NCBI GenBank assembly: GCA_046563655.1
Contig: CM102287.1
Coordinates: forward strand, 7,688,001-7,752,000
Reading direction: 5' to 3'
DNA: 64,000 nt
Source: Yuukianura sp. NJ FZ-2021
Lineage: Eukaryota
Shown piece after piece: positions 52,474 through 64,000 of this stretch. The notes under the pieces were generated by a model. The model saw only the letters and a program-made list of their open reading frames with translations, had not been told where the DNA came from and searched no databases. The position numbers and the translations under genes are program-made. Numbering within the stretch: the stretch's first letter is position 1; the number at the start of each line of letters is the position of its first letter.

Positions 52474-53570
52474 TCAATAAAACAATGTTATAACAAGCAT
52501 TGCACTTCCTACGGATACCACGATGGAATTCTTTGTACTTGGAGCAGCGGTTATGTAATACTCGTAGATGAAAGAGTCAGTGTCGTATTCGTCGCAATGA
52601 TTGTATCCAGTTTTGTGCTCGCAACAGTCCCAAATGATTCTCCAGTATCCTTCCATTCTATAAGCATTTTCCGTTGTGTCCTCGCTGTAAAGCTTCCCAA
52701 TTTCTGCATAGTATCTCCTGTAGCCACCTTCAGCTAGCAAGTCCCAGCAAATGTCGTCCAGAATCTAACAATTTACATTTTATCTCCATCAAAATTTAAA
52801 ACTGAATAAAAAGTTAATTTTGTCGCTAAAAGTTTGCAATGTCAAAACTTAACCTGAAGCTCTCTGCTATCTGCGCGTTTTTTCCGCTCCAGAACTTCGT
52901 TCGTTTTGGGACGTGCAGCACCAAGTTTCGCCAGTACTTTGCTCAGTCGGTTCAAAAAGCGATGCCAAGGATTGCTAATGGTGTCGTTCTCAGGAAATGC
53001 AGTTGTCGTGTTGTTCTCTGACTCGTCATCGGTTTCGGCTACTTCTGGATAACTTGCGTTGGAGTCCGAAGTGATCTCGGGATCGTCTCCGGTGATGTTT
53101 GGATTCGGAATGACTTCGGGAGAATCTATAATGGTGTTAGGAGTGACGTCGGAATCTTCTCCAGTGATGTTCCGAATGTGCTCAGAATCTTCTCCAGTGA
53201 TGTTCGGTGTTACCTTGAAATGATGTCTAATGATGTTCCGAATAGCATCGGAATCTTCTCCAGTGACGTTCCGAATGAGCTCGGAATCTTCTCCAGTGAT
53301 GTTCGAAGTGGCGTCAGAAATTTCTCCAGTGATGTTCCCAGTGAGCTCAGAACCTTCTCCAGTGATATTCGGAATGACGTCAGAATCTTCTCCAGTGATG
53401 TTCTGAAAGAACTCAGAATCTTCTCCAGTGATGTTCCGAAAGAACTCAGAATCTTCTCCAGTGATGTTCCGAAAGAACTCGGAGCCTTCTCCAGTGACGT
53501 TCGGCGTAACCTCGGTCACAAGAGCCACGAAGAACAAGATTGCAAATACGGGAATGGAAAATCGGTTCAT
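52474..53570 (-). CDS. Secreted/surface precursor: signal peptide, N-glycosylation repeats, RKKR site, 4-Cys domain, hydrophobic C-terminus
   Basis: Exons 53570-52854 and 52764-52474 (phase 0). MNRFSIPVFAILFFVALVTE; repeats NITGEDSExxx; ERKKR-ADSRELQ|ILDDICW...WDCCEHKTGYNHC; ends SIVVSVGSAMLVITLFY. Confidence 0.8.
53067..53501 (-). repeat. Coding 33-bp (11-aa) tandem repeat, ~13 units, two degenerate
   Basis: Recurrent GAATCTTCTCCAGTGATGTT on the + strand; 11 N[IV]TG sequons in translation. Confidence 0.9.
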
Positions 53571-54965
53571 ATTTCCTGGAAGAAAAAATCAGTCGCAGAA
53601 GTTTTTTTTTTTAAAAGTAGTTTTTTTTTTAGTTTTGTTCTTTAAGTTTGTTGAAAAATTTGCGTTACCTATGCCGTGTAGTGTTTCCAGGTGAAAATTT
53701 CTGGATAAAACTTCCATAAAAGTTGGACTTCCTGAGAAAAGATACGTATAAGCAAGGCAACTAAGCAAACAGACACAGGAGCTTTTTAGTAATGCGGTGT
53801 GTCATTTTGTTTAGTTACCTTGCGTATAACAAATTTTCCAGAAAGCTTTGCAAATCATTCATTTCTGTCGATTTCCTTTTATTCCATTTCCTTGAACAAG
53901 GCATTTCTCCGTTTATAAATTAAGTTAATTATCTAAACCTAAGGTTAAGTTAAAGTATTTTGTGCACTTTCTCTTCACAGTGTTTATCCTCATAACCATA
54001 ATTAAAAGGGCACAAATCTTATACAAGGAAGATACTCCAAATTGAACTTTCTAAACACCAATTCAAAGTGACACATTTTACCGTTTAGTACATAACACGT
54101 TCTAAGCAGTCGTGAATTTGAGAAATAGTAGATCCAAAGTTTCAAAGGACAAACAACTGTCAAATTTCAGGGCACTCAAGTTACTAAACACTACAGCTTA
54201 AAATTAAACTTATTGTGAGCAGTACAGTATAGTAGTACTTTATGACAGAAAATTGATCATTTTTCGGTACCAACGGTACCTTCCGTTTCTTGTCGCCTGC
54301 AGTTTAGGCCCAAAACGACAACAATCGGAAGACACTCCGTTGAGAATTGAAGTGAATAATTTAACGTTGTACAAACTAAGGTCAATGGCACAAAATTATT
54401 TGGAAATCTCGCGTCAAAGTTAAAGTGTTTTTAGCATTTAAATTGTGGTATGTAGAAAATACTGAAAATGAGAAACAAACAGAGGGAAACAATAAATCAC
54501 AACAACTACGGACTAAAAAACCTAACTGTTTCAGGTCGTATCGTACGTAAATAGTTTTAGTCAATAGAAAATTCTTAAGCTTTACAATTAATTTCAGTCT
54601 CTAAATGACAGGCAGCTGCTCCCCTACTTAAACTAAAACTTTAAACTCAATTTTAGCAACCCAATGGACACAACACAATAGTTTGCATTTTTCAAAAAAC
54701 GTTTCGCATAAGAAACTGGACCGAATAGAAAATATTTGATGAGGACCATGAAGCTTAAGCCCTTGGACGTGTAGAAAAGCTGCTTTTTAGAAAAAATTGG
54801 CAACATAAAAATTGGTTTCGCTAAGCCCTGTCTCCATCCTTACTGGATTCCTGGATTTCAACAGTTCATAAAAAGTTTCTGAGAGTTGACAACTTTTGTG
54901 TTATAGAAGAATTCCTCTGTGATTTGAAGATTACTTTGGTCAGGGGGAGGAGACACTTTCTTGCG

Positions 54966-57900
54966 TCACTTTTTGACTGACTTTTGTTTCTCTGTTTTCT
55001 TTTGTAACTTCTCTTGTTCCTTCCTTTGTTTCTCTAGTTGCTTCTTTTCTTTCTCCACTTGAGCCTTCAGCTCCTTCACTTTCTTTTTGATCTTCAGCTT
55101 GTCGTCCCCGTTGACTCCAAAGGCCTTAATAATAAAAAGCGTTTCCATTATAAACTCCACGTCTCAAATTCACTGTTGCTTCATAAATTCTTTATCTTAC
55201 TAACCTTGAGGTCTCTGGATTCAATCTGAAGCAGCTGTACTCCCGTGATACCATGATCCATGAAAGGCGGAATGAGATGCTCCATATTCATAAATAGCAA
55301 ATATTGACAAACCTAGCGAAGTAAGGAAAACAAACAACTTCATTATTCAATTTGTTCTAAAAAATTAAGTCAAACAATAAGGTTCCAATTTCTCAATTTC
55401 TAAAGAATTTCAAAAATCTGCTACTCGAGGCTAAAAAAAAGAATAAAAGAAAGATGCAAGAATAGAAAACAATTCATTTTCCGCTGTTTTCTAACGTAAA
55501 AACGATTTTTGCTTACTTGTTCATTCGACCACTCCACGGGACTTAGGTTCATCCATTTCTCTGGCACGGGGGAAGGCTTTGTATCAACTCTTGGGCTAGA
55601 CATATTACTAGAAATGGACGTATTTCCACTTGACTCTGTTCCAGTGTCGCTCTTTTTTCCTTGCCAATGTTCAGGAATTGCTCTTCTTGGCGGAGGATGC
55701 AGCATTTGTGAGGGCGTATCCTCTGTTGAGTGACTTTGCTGCAGTTGGGACCCATGTCCATGCCGTTCCCTGTCAGCTAGCACTTGTCGTAATTGTTCTG
55801 TTAGAGGAGACGGGGCATGGTGAACGTGTGATGACGGTGGACGAGCTCCTGGAGGTGGTTGGACACTGGTCGTGTGAAAATGGGGAGACGACAGAGTAGC
55901 TGGTGGATGGTTGTAGTGACTGTGGGCAGGGATTGTGTACTGCTGAGATGCAAGTTGGGAATGGGTAACTGCCGGTTTGTCAGGACTGTATGACCTGTTG
56001 ATAATATGGACTGGGACGCCCGCTGTGACTTCGGACTGAGCATACTTCGCTGGAGGCGGAATCTGTCCAACTTCGGTCATCACGATCCGTTTTTGGGTAA
56101 AAAGTTCAGCGGAATTGCTCGTAGTCGTCGTCGTTGTACTCCGTTTGAAGCTGGCGTTATTAGTAGTTGCAGCAAAGTAGCTAAAAGGTGAGGATGATGA
56201 GTCAGTATGAGGATTGAGCGAATTGCTAGTGGTGACTTCCTTGTCTTTAATCACGGTACAACTGGTAATAGAGGCCATTGACGTTTTGCTGAGTGATGCA
56301 GAGACCGGTGATGCTGCCGAGACAAACGACGAATTGAATGAAGATGGAGATGAGGAGAGAAAGACTTGCGATTCTGATACGACCGAAGTGTTGGACTTGG
56401 CTGGAGAGACGGGAGGTGAAAATGAAAAGGCGTTCAAGTGCGATTTCGAGTCGTCTCGGAGCATTTCAGGAGAAATGGCGCCTTCGAAGTCCTAAAACAA
56501 AACTGTTGTTGAAAAACTGTGCAAAACGCTATTTTTCAATCCAAAAAAAATTTCAATAATTTTGATTTTTACCAAACTATTATTTGATGACTGACTGTTT
56601 GGTCGCTTCACTGCGCTGGAAGATGGTGCCTGTCTTCCAGCCAGTCCACCTCTTGCGGCTAGCCCAGCTCGAGCTTTTACAGCGGAAATATCAAGTAAAT
56701 TGTGTTGAGGAACGGCTGAATCGAATTCTTCTTTAATACTTGCTGTACTGTGCTTCTTTGCTCTTCCTCCCCCAATAGCATCTTCCCCATCGCTAGATCC
56801 TGACACGATTTCTTCATCAGACAGATCAAGAGCAATTGGTGGGAGAGGTGGCGGGAGTGAGAGAGAAAGTGGAGTCGGAAGTGTGGCTGGAAAATGAGTA
56901 AATCCGTGCACGACATTCAACCCAGCATGTCTTTGCGTTTCGATTAGTTCGTGCTCAAGCTGTATCACCTAAAAAAAAACAAAGATTTTAAATGTCTCAC
57001 ATTACAAAATGATGAAGCAATTTGGTATATCATATCCTACCCGCTCCTTGAGAGATTTCAAAAGGTCATGGTACTCGGTGTCCCGTTGATGGATTCGCTG
57101 CAATTGAAATTCTTGACGATGTGTCAAATCTCTTTCCCGATGCTGAAGAGTCCTTACAATTTGTTTCACACGCTGATACTTTTTCTCCAGTTCGGAATAC
57201 TGGCCTTGTGATTCTTGTAACATGGATTGGTACGTTGAGACTTCCATTTGAGCATTCTTCATAATTTCTTCATACTCTGCTACTTTCTCATTCATTTCTT
57301 TAAGTTTCGCCTCATAAGATTCCTTTTCGGCCACGACATTTGGCTCCAACTCAGCCAACCGGGTCCTGAGCAATTCAACCTCCTTCTCAGCAGCAATGTG
57401 TTTGGACTGAGCAATTTGCAGCTTTTCATGGAGATTACCATCCACACTATTCCGGGCACTTTCTTGCAAATGGCGAAGCGATTCTTCAAATGGAGGTGGG
57501 GGTGGTGGAGGTCCTCTTGGGGAATAGTTGAATTCTAACGACTGAGTTTGTTGCTTTCTCCTTTCCTCTCGCTCCCTATCAGCCTAGTTGAGTAAAAAAA
57601 AAACAGTAAAAAATCACGCAAAACAATGCTCGAAGCTAAGCAAAAAACGATTTCGCAAGTTTGGTTCCAGCGTTACCTGTAAAGATTGCCTAATGAGTTG
57701 TGCCACTTCGCTGTTTTCAGCGTCTTTTTCTCTCCCTATCATAAACTTGACTAGACCGGCGGTATTACGTAGCACAGAAGCCGCGTACGCTTGTGTCACC
57801 CCTACGAGGCTCTTGCCATCGACTTCGATGATTTGATCGTTGACCTGAAATCAAAATACACATTAATAAATACTAAAAAAATATTTTAAAATTAACTGAA

Positions 57901-60813
57901 TTTCTCACTTGAATTCGACCATCTTTAGCGGCAGCTCCAGAGTCAGTGATAGTTTTAACAAAGATTCCCAACTTTTCCAGCCCCGCGTCTGCTCCCACTC
58001 CCATTCCAATGATGCTAAGTCCCAGCCCCTCTGCACCCTTCACTAAATCTACTGGAAATACGTCCATCTTCTCCACTCGCTTTTCAAGTTCGTATTCAGC
58101 AGCAGCGGCAGCCGGGTCAACGTCTTCGTTCCTTCGGTCGTAGTCTGTCACGGAATGTGTCGTATAAACTTTCATTGGTTCCAAACTGAACCGAACACGA
58201 GTTGGCTGCTTCTTGACAATATTTTGATCGAAATAGTCTTCATCTTCATCTGATCCCGGAATCCCTGGAGCTTCTGTCCAATAATGACCATCTTCATAGT
58301 AGTGAATACCATCTTCGTAATACACCTAAAAAATAGAATTTCCAAAGTTTATAATTTTCACTTACTTTTCAAAAACTTTGTAAGAAGAGTGTTACCTCTT
58401 TTCCAGACTGGAGAAGGAATGTTGACGGGCTCATTTGCTCTGAGCCTTCGAAGTCTGCAAACAGCGACGTCGTGTTGGTGCTAGTACTTGTCAGCGTCAT
58501 GTCCGTGTCCGTTTCATCCAAAACCCGGGATTCGCCGAGACTACTTGTATCTTCCTTAGGAACGTCGGGCAGCCGCTTCTTCTGAATGTCCTGCTCTTCG
58601 TCTTCCTCCAGCAATTGCTGAAGTTCTTCAGCGCTTGTCTCCACAACGTGACTCGATTCCTCTTCGAAACTAGCTTTCTCATCCGCTCCTGCTTTCAAGC
58701 GCTCGCTAACAATTTGTACACCCGTAGGAAACCTAATATCAATCAAAATAAAAATTTAAACTAACCATAATCATAATTCCAAAAATTTCAATTTGAAAGA
58801 TTGATTTAGACTTACTCTGTTGAGCGATGACCATGACCATTACTCAAGACTACCGTAGCCCTTGAAATTGATTCTGCTTTCGTTGTATCTTCCTTTTCGT
58901 TACAGTGATTTCCATTCACAAGGCCTTCATTCTAGTAATAAAAAATCACAGCTGAGTCAGGATAAATTCCGACTAGAAAATCGATGTCAAAGACAAAACT
59001 ATTACAAAATCTAAGTTTTCAAAACTTCTTAGCCTAAACTGCGTCTTTCTAAACACGAAATCTCTTTCACTTTCTTAAAATAACACCAAAGTGAACCAGA
59101 GGATAGCAACAACGACAAAAAACAAAAGTTGATGGCTCTTCTCCAAGAAAATCTCCAAAAACAAAAAACATTCAAATGAACTTATAACCTGTGAACACTT
59201 CTTATCGTTTTTGATATAGAAGAAGCGCAGATTTCGGTTTCAAAAACAACAACAATATGCAATGCTTGCAAAATTAAAGTGTAACCAAATACTTGCAACC
59301 ATTAATCAAACTATGAACAAAATTTCACATTACCCTGACGATTTCTTCAGTTTCAAATGACGATGGAGCACTTTCGTTCAAAGATGCTGGAACTTCAGTT
59401 GATACTTCCAAAGAGTCTAGCCGTTCAGCCACTTCTTTGACTACTTCAATCTCTTCAGACCCCTTAAATTCTTCAGCAGCGAGATCAAGAGTAGTCACAG
59501 GAGTTGAAACTGACGTCAAACTCAAAGTATCATCCAAAAACGATTCATCGTCTAAAATACTTGCACTACTTCCTCCACGAACCAATCCTGCTTCTTTTCC
59601 AGTCGGTCTTGATTCACTGTTAGAATTAACTTTGGTGTTAACCGGAGATTGTTGAAGTTGTACAGGAACTTCGACGATCGTATTTTGTGAAGTAGTGGTG
59701 GTCGTAGACCCATTGTAGTCCGATGTAGAAGAAATTGACTCATCAGGTTCTTCTGCATGTAAATTGCTTGTGAGAACAAAGTTAACGGGTGACTCCTGCT
59801 GCTGCTGGATTGTTCCAGGATTCGTTGCTATCCAAGGAGGTAATTTTTGATGGGCTGCTAAGTGGGCTACTTTTAGGACTTGTACTTGCATCAACTTCGA
59901 GCTGCTTTGGCTGAACTGCAAATCCCTTGGATTTTTCCGGTGACCCGGGTTTCTTAGCTGGCGGAGAAGCGAAATGTGAGATCCAATTTTTCTGTTTCTC
60001 AATTAATTCCCGTCCATTGACTTTGTTTCCAAGCGTCGCAGGTTTGGAAAAAAGTGGAGGTTTTTCATTTGGTTTGGTCTCAGCGTACTGCTTCGCAGCT
60101 TCCTTGACTGACACACTGGAACCAAATAAAACACGACGCGGAGCAATACCGGAAGTCTGAAATAGCAAACAAAGAGTCAATTGCAACATAAAACTTGGTG
60201 CCAAATCCGAAATCAATAAAATACAACTAAAATACATTACCTGTAGGTGCGTCGGTGTGTCAGTTGAAGTATCACTGGAAATATTTCCTTCCTGCCCGGC
60301 AGTAGTATTGAGAGGTGTAGAGACTAAGATTTCTTGAGCGTTTAAATTGGAATGCCCGTTACTTCCAGTATTATTTCTGTTGAGAACAAATGGAGTCGGC
60401 TTCCTTTCGACTGGAGCCGTCGTTGTTGTAGTTGTACTTGGAAAGGAGTCTAGCGAATCGCTGGACTTGAACTTTGACGCCGGGTAGCGCGACATTACAG
60501 GAGCTGGGGTTGAAGTTGACAAAATCTTTTCATCCCCCGTACCCAGTTTTTCAAAAAGAGCTCTTGCGTTGTTGAAGCGATTGACGTGCCCTTCGGACTT
60601 GATCGGAATAGTCGTCTCCGATCCCAATTCAGTATCTTTTCTGCTGACTAATGACGAGGAAGAGCTGCTTAGCTTTGGTTTTCTATCTAGGCCGGTATGG
60701 TGATCCGCTTGAATCAGATTATTTTGGAAGATGTTCGCAATTTGTGATACTTTGGTGACTCCATTTCCAGAATTCATTCGTGTCCCGATAACCCGATCCA
60801 TTTCAAAGACCAT
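54966..60813 (-). CDS. Spn: Spinophilin/neurabin homolog (actin-binding region, PP1-binding RVxF, PDZ, coiled coil, SAM)
   Basis: Exons 60813-60241, 60156-59334 (contains an unexplained frame change near 59820), 58931-58816, 58732-58396, 58325-57909, 57844-57677, 57583-57041, 56968-56573, 56491-55517, 55312-55205, 55124-54966. [94 protein letters not shown]. Confidence 0.93.
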
Positions 60814-63800
60814 TGCAAGTTCCCTGAAAACCAAAAGTGGCAAAAAGAAAACCAAAATTAGAACAAGAGGTAAACCCAACAAACTCTTTTCTACTTCGAG
60901 TAGAAAATTCGTCACTTCCTTAACAGTACGCCCTGCCACTGCCTTCGTCAAGGCCAGGCAGGAAGCTGAAAATGTCACTTTTTGGCATAATCATACACTT
61001 GCGAAATGGGCATGAAAGCATGAGAATGTATAGAGGACGTGTTCCGATTCGGTGACTGACTCTTGGGTGTGGTACATGTTTTTGCTTATTTAATTAGACT
61101 CAAAAGCACAACGTTAACTAAAAACTCATAGTAATACAAGTTTACTCTTTCAAGGATTAAGTAGGCTTTGTCGTTTTTACATTTCAATTTGAATTGTTTA
61201 CCCATTTCGCATTTCACGAACATTAATCCATGAGATAAAACGACCCAAAATGATCTTCCCATAAAATACTCCTGTCAAAACGTATTAGCATTCGAGCATA
61301 GCGTAGTACTCTGGACACATTTAATTCAGAACAAAAGTAAAAGATAAGAGTCGAAACTAAATCTTCCAGAAGTAATTGTCCTTTTACGGAGTCATATTTT
61401 TATGTCTCTCAAAAAGAACAATAACTTCTGCCCACATAAAAATAGGTCGTTGCGACTTTTGGCCAATGTCAACTAATAGGTCGATGGTCGATGCGACTTT
61501 TGCTAATGCGAACTATATGCGTTCATTTTTTAGCCAAACCAACCGACTAATCATTCTAGTACTCTGTCTTCCTGTCCTAGTCCGCTCCTTTACCGGTAAT
61601 AATCATAATTAGAGCGAATCAGCGACGAATTAAGTCCAAACAACAAAGAAAGACAGTAGGAGATACCCTAGTGGTCACGCAGTCACAGTTTGTGCAATTT
61701 GGAAATGATCGCCCAATGTTATTGTTTAAGTTTATCGTTTATATACTACAGAAAATGACCAAGTAAGTTGAGTATCGGTGTCACAACTGTAATAAGTCCG
61801 AATCCTTTTTAGGCACAACAGTATTAAGCCAAGAGACATGACAATCAAATCACTTTTCCACTTAATTTTCTGAACTAGGATTCAACTGTGGCCTCCCGTG
61901 CGTTTTTTAATGAAAAATGAAATAACAACGTGCGAAATGATATGATGAGCTGCTTAAGTGGAAACGGAAAGAACAAAAACAAAGCCAAAGGAACCAACCA
62001 CCAGCAGCTTTTCAGCAGCCACTTCCGGTGTCTTATTTCTTTTCTTGAGTCCAAACTATCTGGAGTGCATGCTGATCCTATACGCCTAAAGACGTGACAT
62101 AAATCAACAAAAAATGGCGTAGGATTACCGGTCGTACCGGACCGGAAGGAAGGACTCACCCATGTTTGCTGAAATTATGACAATTTTCCTGGGCAGTTCA
62201 GTTTCCAATAATAAACTGAGAAGTTGAGTTTTACACAAGTTAAAACTATAATTAAAAGTAATTGGAATCCAAATTGAAATCTGAACGTAGCAATTAGAAA
62301 TGAACTGGAAACTCTGCCAACTGCTGCACCGTTGATCAAGTAGCAGCGTTTCAATCAGCGTAGCACTAATAAACTACTCTTTCTCCGAAATTTGATGCAA
62401 TTTGAGTGTGGTTTACAACAAAAACTTATAATTGCACTGTTCACTATTCTGTTGGAAGCTCGCGTTTGTGCTGCCAATTACTTTGGTGAACTCAATGAAC
62501 TTAGCATGAAATATGACGAGGACTGAATGAAATCTGAAATCTCTGGAACTCGTTCGCTTAAAAATAGGAAAGTAGCATAGCATAACAACAGAGTTTTCGA
62601 ACTTTCATCCCATTATGAGTGAGTGCCATAAATCCAGCTATCTTTTAAGGTTTGTTGTCATTTTGCGTTGTACGATAAAGAATCGGGCGTACACTGTGAA
62701 AACCGCACTGATAAGATTAATCATACTACAAGTGTCAAATCCCAGATGCAGCTAACGCTAAACCACAACATTACCAGTTGACAACAAGAATTAAGGAGGG
62801 TACTGGGCAGCAGTTGAAGTTGACGAAAGACGAAACGACGGAATAGAATAGATAAATCCAAAAGTTGAAACTGAAAAATTAGTTGCGAAATATTGCAAAC
62901 TAAAAGTGTTGTGGTGTAGCGGTTTAGCTTTTGACAAAAGTTTCATAACCAAAATTATTATGTAACTTAACTGTTTACTTACAAAAGGATGAGTTTAGTC
63001 CAGGCTCAGTTGAGCGCTGATCGATCAGAAAGAAAGTGCCAAAGTTAGGCTACAGCCCTTGAGTGTTGTCACTTTAAGTGCAGTTCAGACTTGAACTTTT
63101 GAACTTGATACCCGTTCACAATCACTACTTCGTAACTTTGATCGGTGCAGATTTAGCAACTCTTTATCCAAATCCGAGTGTCAGTTTTCATCGTCTTTCA
63201 CCCGGCAGCAACGTAATGAAGAGATTAGTTATAAAATGAGTTGCGACGAGTGAGCTGTTGCGGAATGGTTCGTCAAAGGTCAAATGAAACCTGAAAGTCA
63301 GAAATGAAACATCAATCTTCAATCAATTCAGCTTGTTAGTTAGATTTCACTCCAATTCCCTAGCTAGTACAAAACCTACCAAATCCAACCCCACCACTTC
63401 CTCCTCCAAGGTCATTCCAGGAATCGGACACACAGTGTGTCCGTTCATAATCCACTTCCCAACTAAGTTCTATGATTAGTAAGAGTAACCAATTACTCAC
63501 CTGTTATCTTATCAACCTAATGTCACGTCTTTCCACACAATTTGTAATGATCCACACGTCCGGATGTCCGTTCCTTCACTAACTAACGCTGTATGCTAAA
63601 TGCTAAGGGGTCAACGTATCTTTGACTTAAAAAGCTCTGCGACACAGCAACAGCCAGCGGCACGGGCACGGGCTTAAGGAACGGACCCTAGCAGAATACA
63701 ATAGACCGACAGGCTTTCTCGTCGATCAATGTTGACCTGAGGGATGTTAGAGCTGCCGTCCACAACAATTGGTGATAATCGTGATGCTGTTGCCTGTCCC

Positions 63801-64000
63801 ACCGTCACTTGGGAGTGAAATACTTGGGACTTGAGGGGAATTTTTGACAGTCACCCACAACAACAGCAGCAGATAACTTAAGAACGAGAACCCTACGCTC
63901 CTTTGCGAGGTGTTGATCTTCCTCTGCAAATTCAATTCAACTGAACTCTCCACTCCAAGTCCAAGTGTCGACGATACACGAGATGCGAAGAATTCATCTT

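Noticed and set aside
52474..52764. Insulin-like peptide (WDCC...C resembles an A chain)
   Set aside because: Only four Cys; equivalents of B7 and A20 are missing and the spacing does not fit.
62155..63560. Donor-like sites at ~62159 and ~63500 as coding exons of spinophilin
   Set aside because: Phase or stop codons are incompatible with the main ORF; at best 5'-UTR exons, unverifiable here.

Overview
AT-rich, gene-dense eukaryotic genomic DNA with short GT-AG introns. Gene content points to an arthropod; a springtail-like hexapod is my guess, not proven. Genes were built by hand from ORFs plus splice signals, in order: 5' part of a Cys-loop ligand-gated ion channel subunit (-); a PH-domain protein (+); an orphan protein with a basic C-terminal NLS (+); a secreted carboxylesterase with JH-esterase-like motifs (+); WDR47 (+); a ~30 kb Limpet/FHL-type PET+6xLIM gene (-) with an internal alternative first exon; a secreted Gly/His-rich protein (+); a secreted precursor with N-glycosylation repeats (-); and spinophilin/neurabin (-). 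The most striking structure is a 1374-bp Tc1/mariner derivative in a Limpet intron (40671-42044). It consists of two apparently identical inverted 644-bp copies of the element's LEFT end, each encoding only the transposase DNA-binding domain, around a spacer holding a scrap of the catalytic domain. It is a candidate hairpin-RNA/repressor locus against its own family. A second, TA-flanked MITE-like element (2411-3087) carries three hairpin repeats containing CHR/E2F-like motifs. No CRISPR, rRNA or tRNA was recognised. All calls come from reading the sequence; no searches were run.
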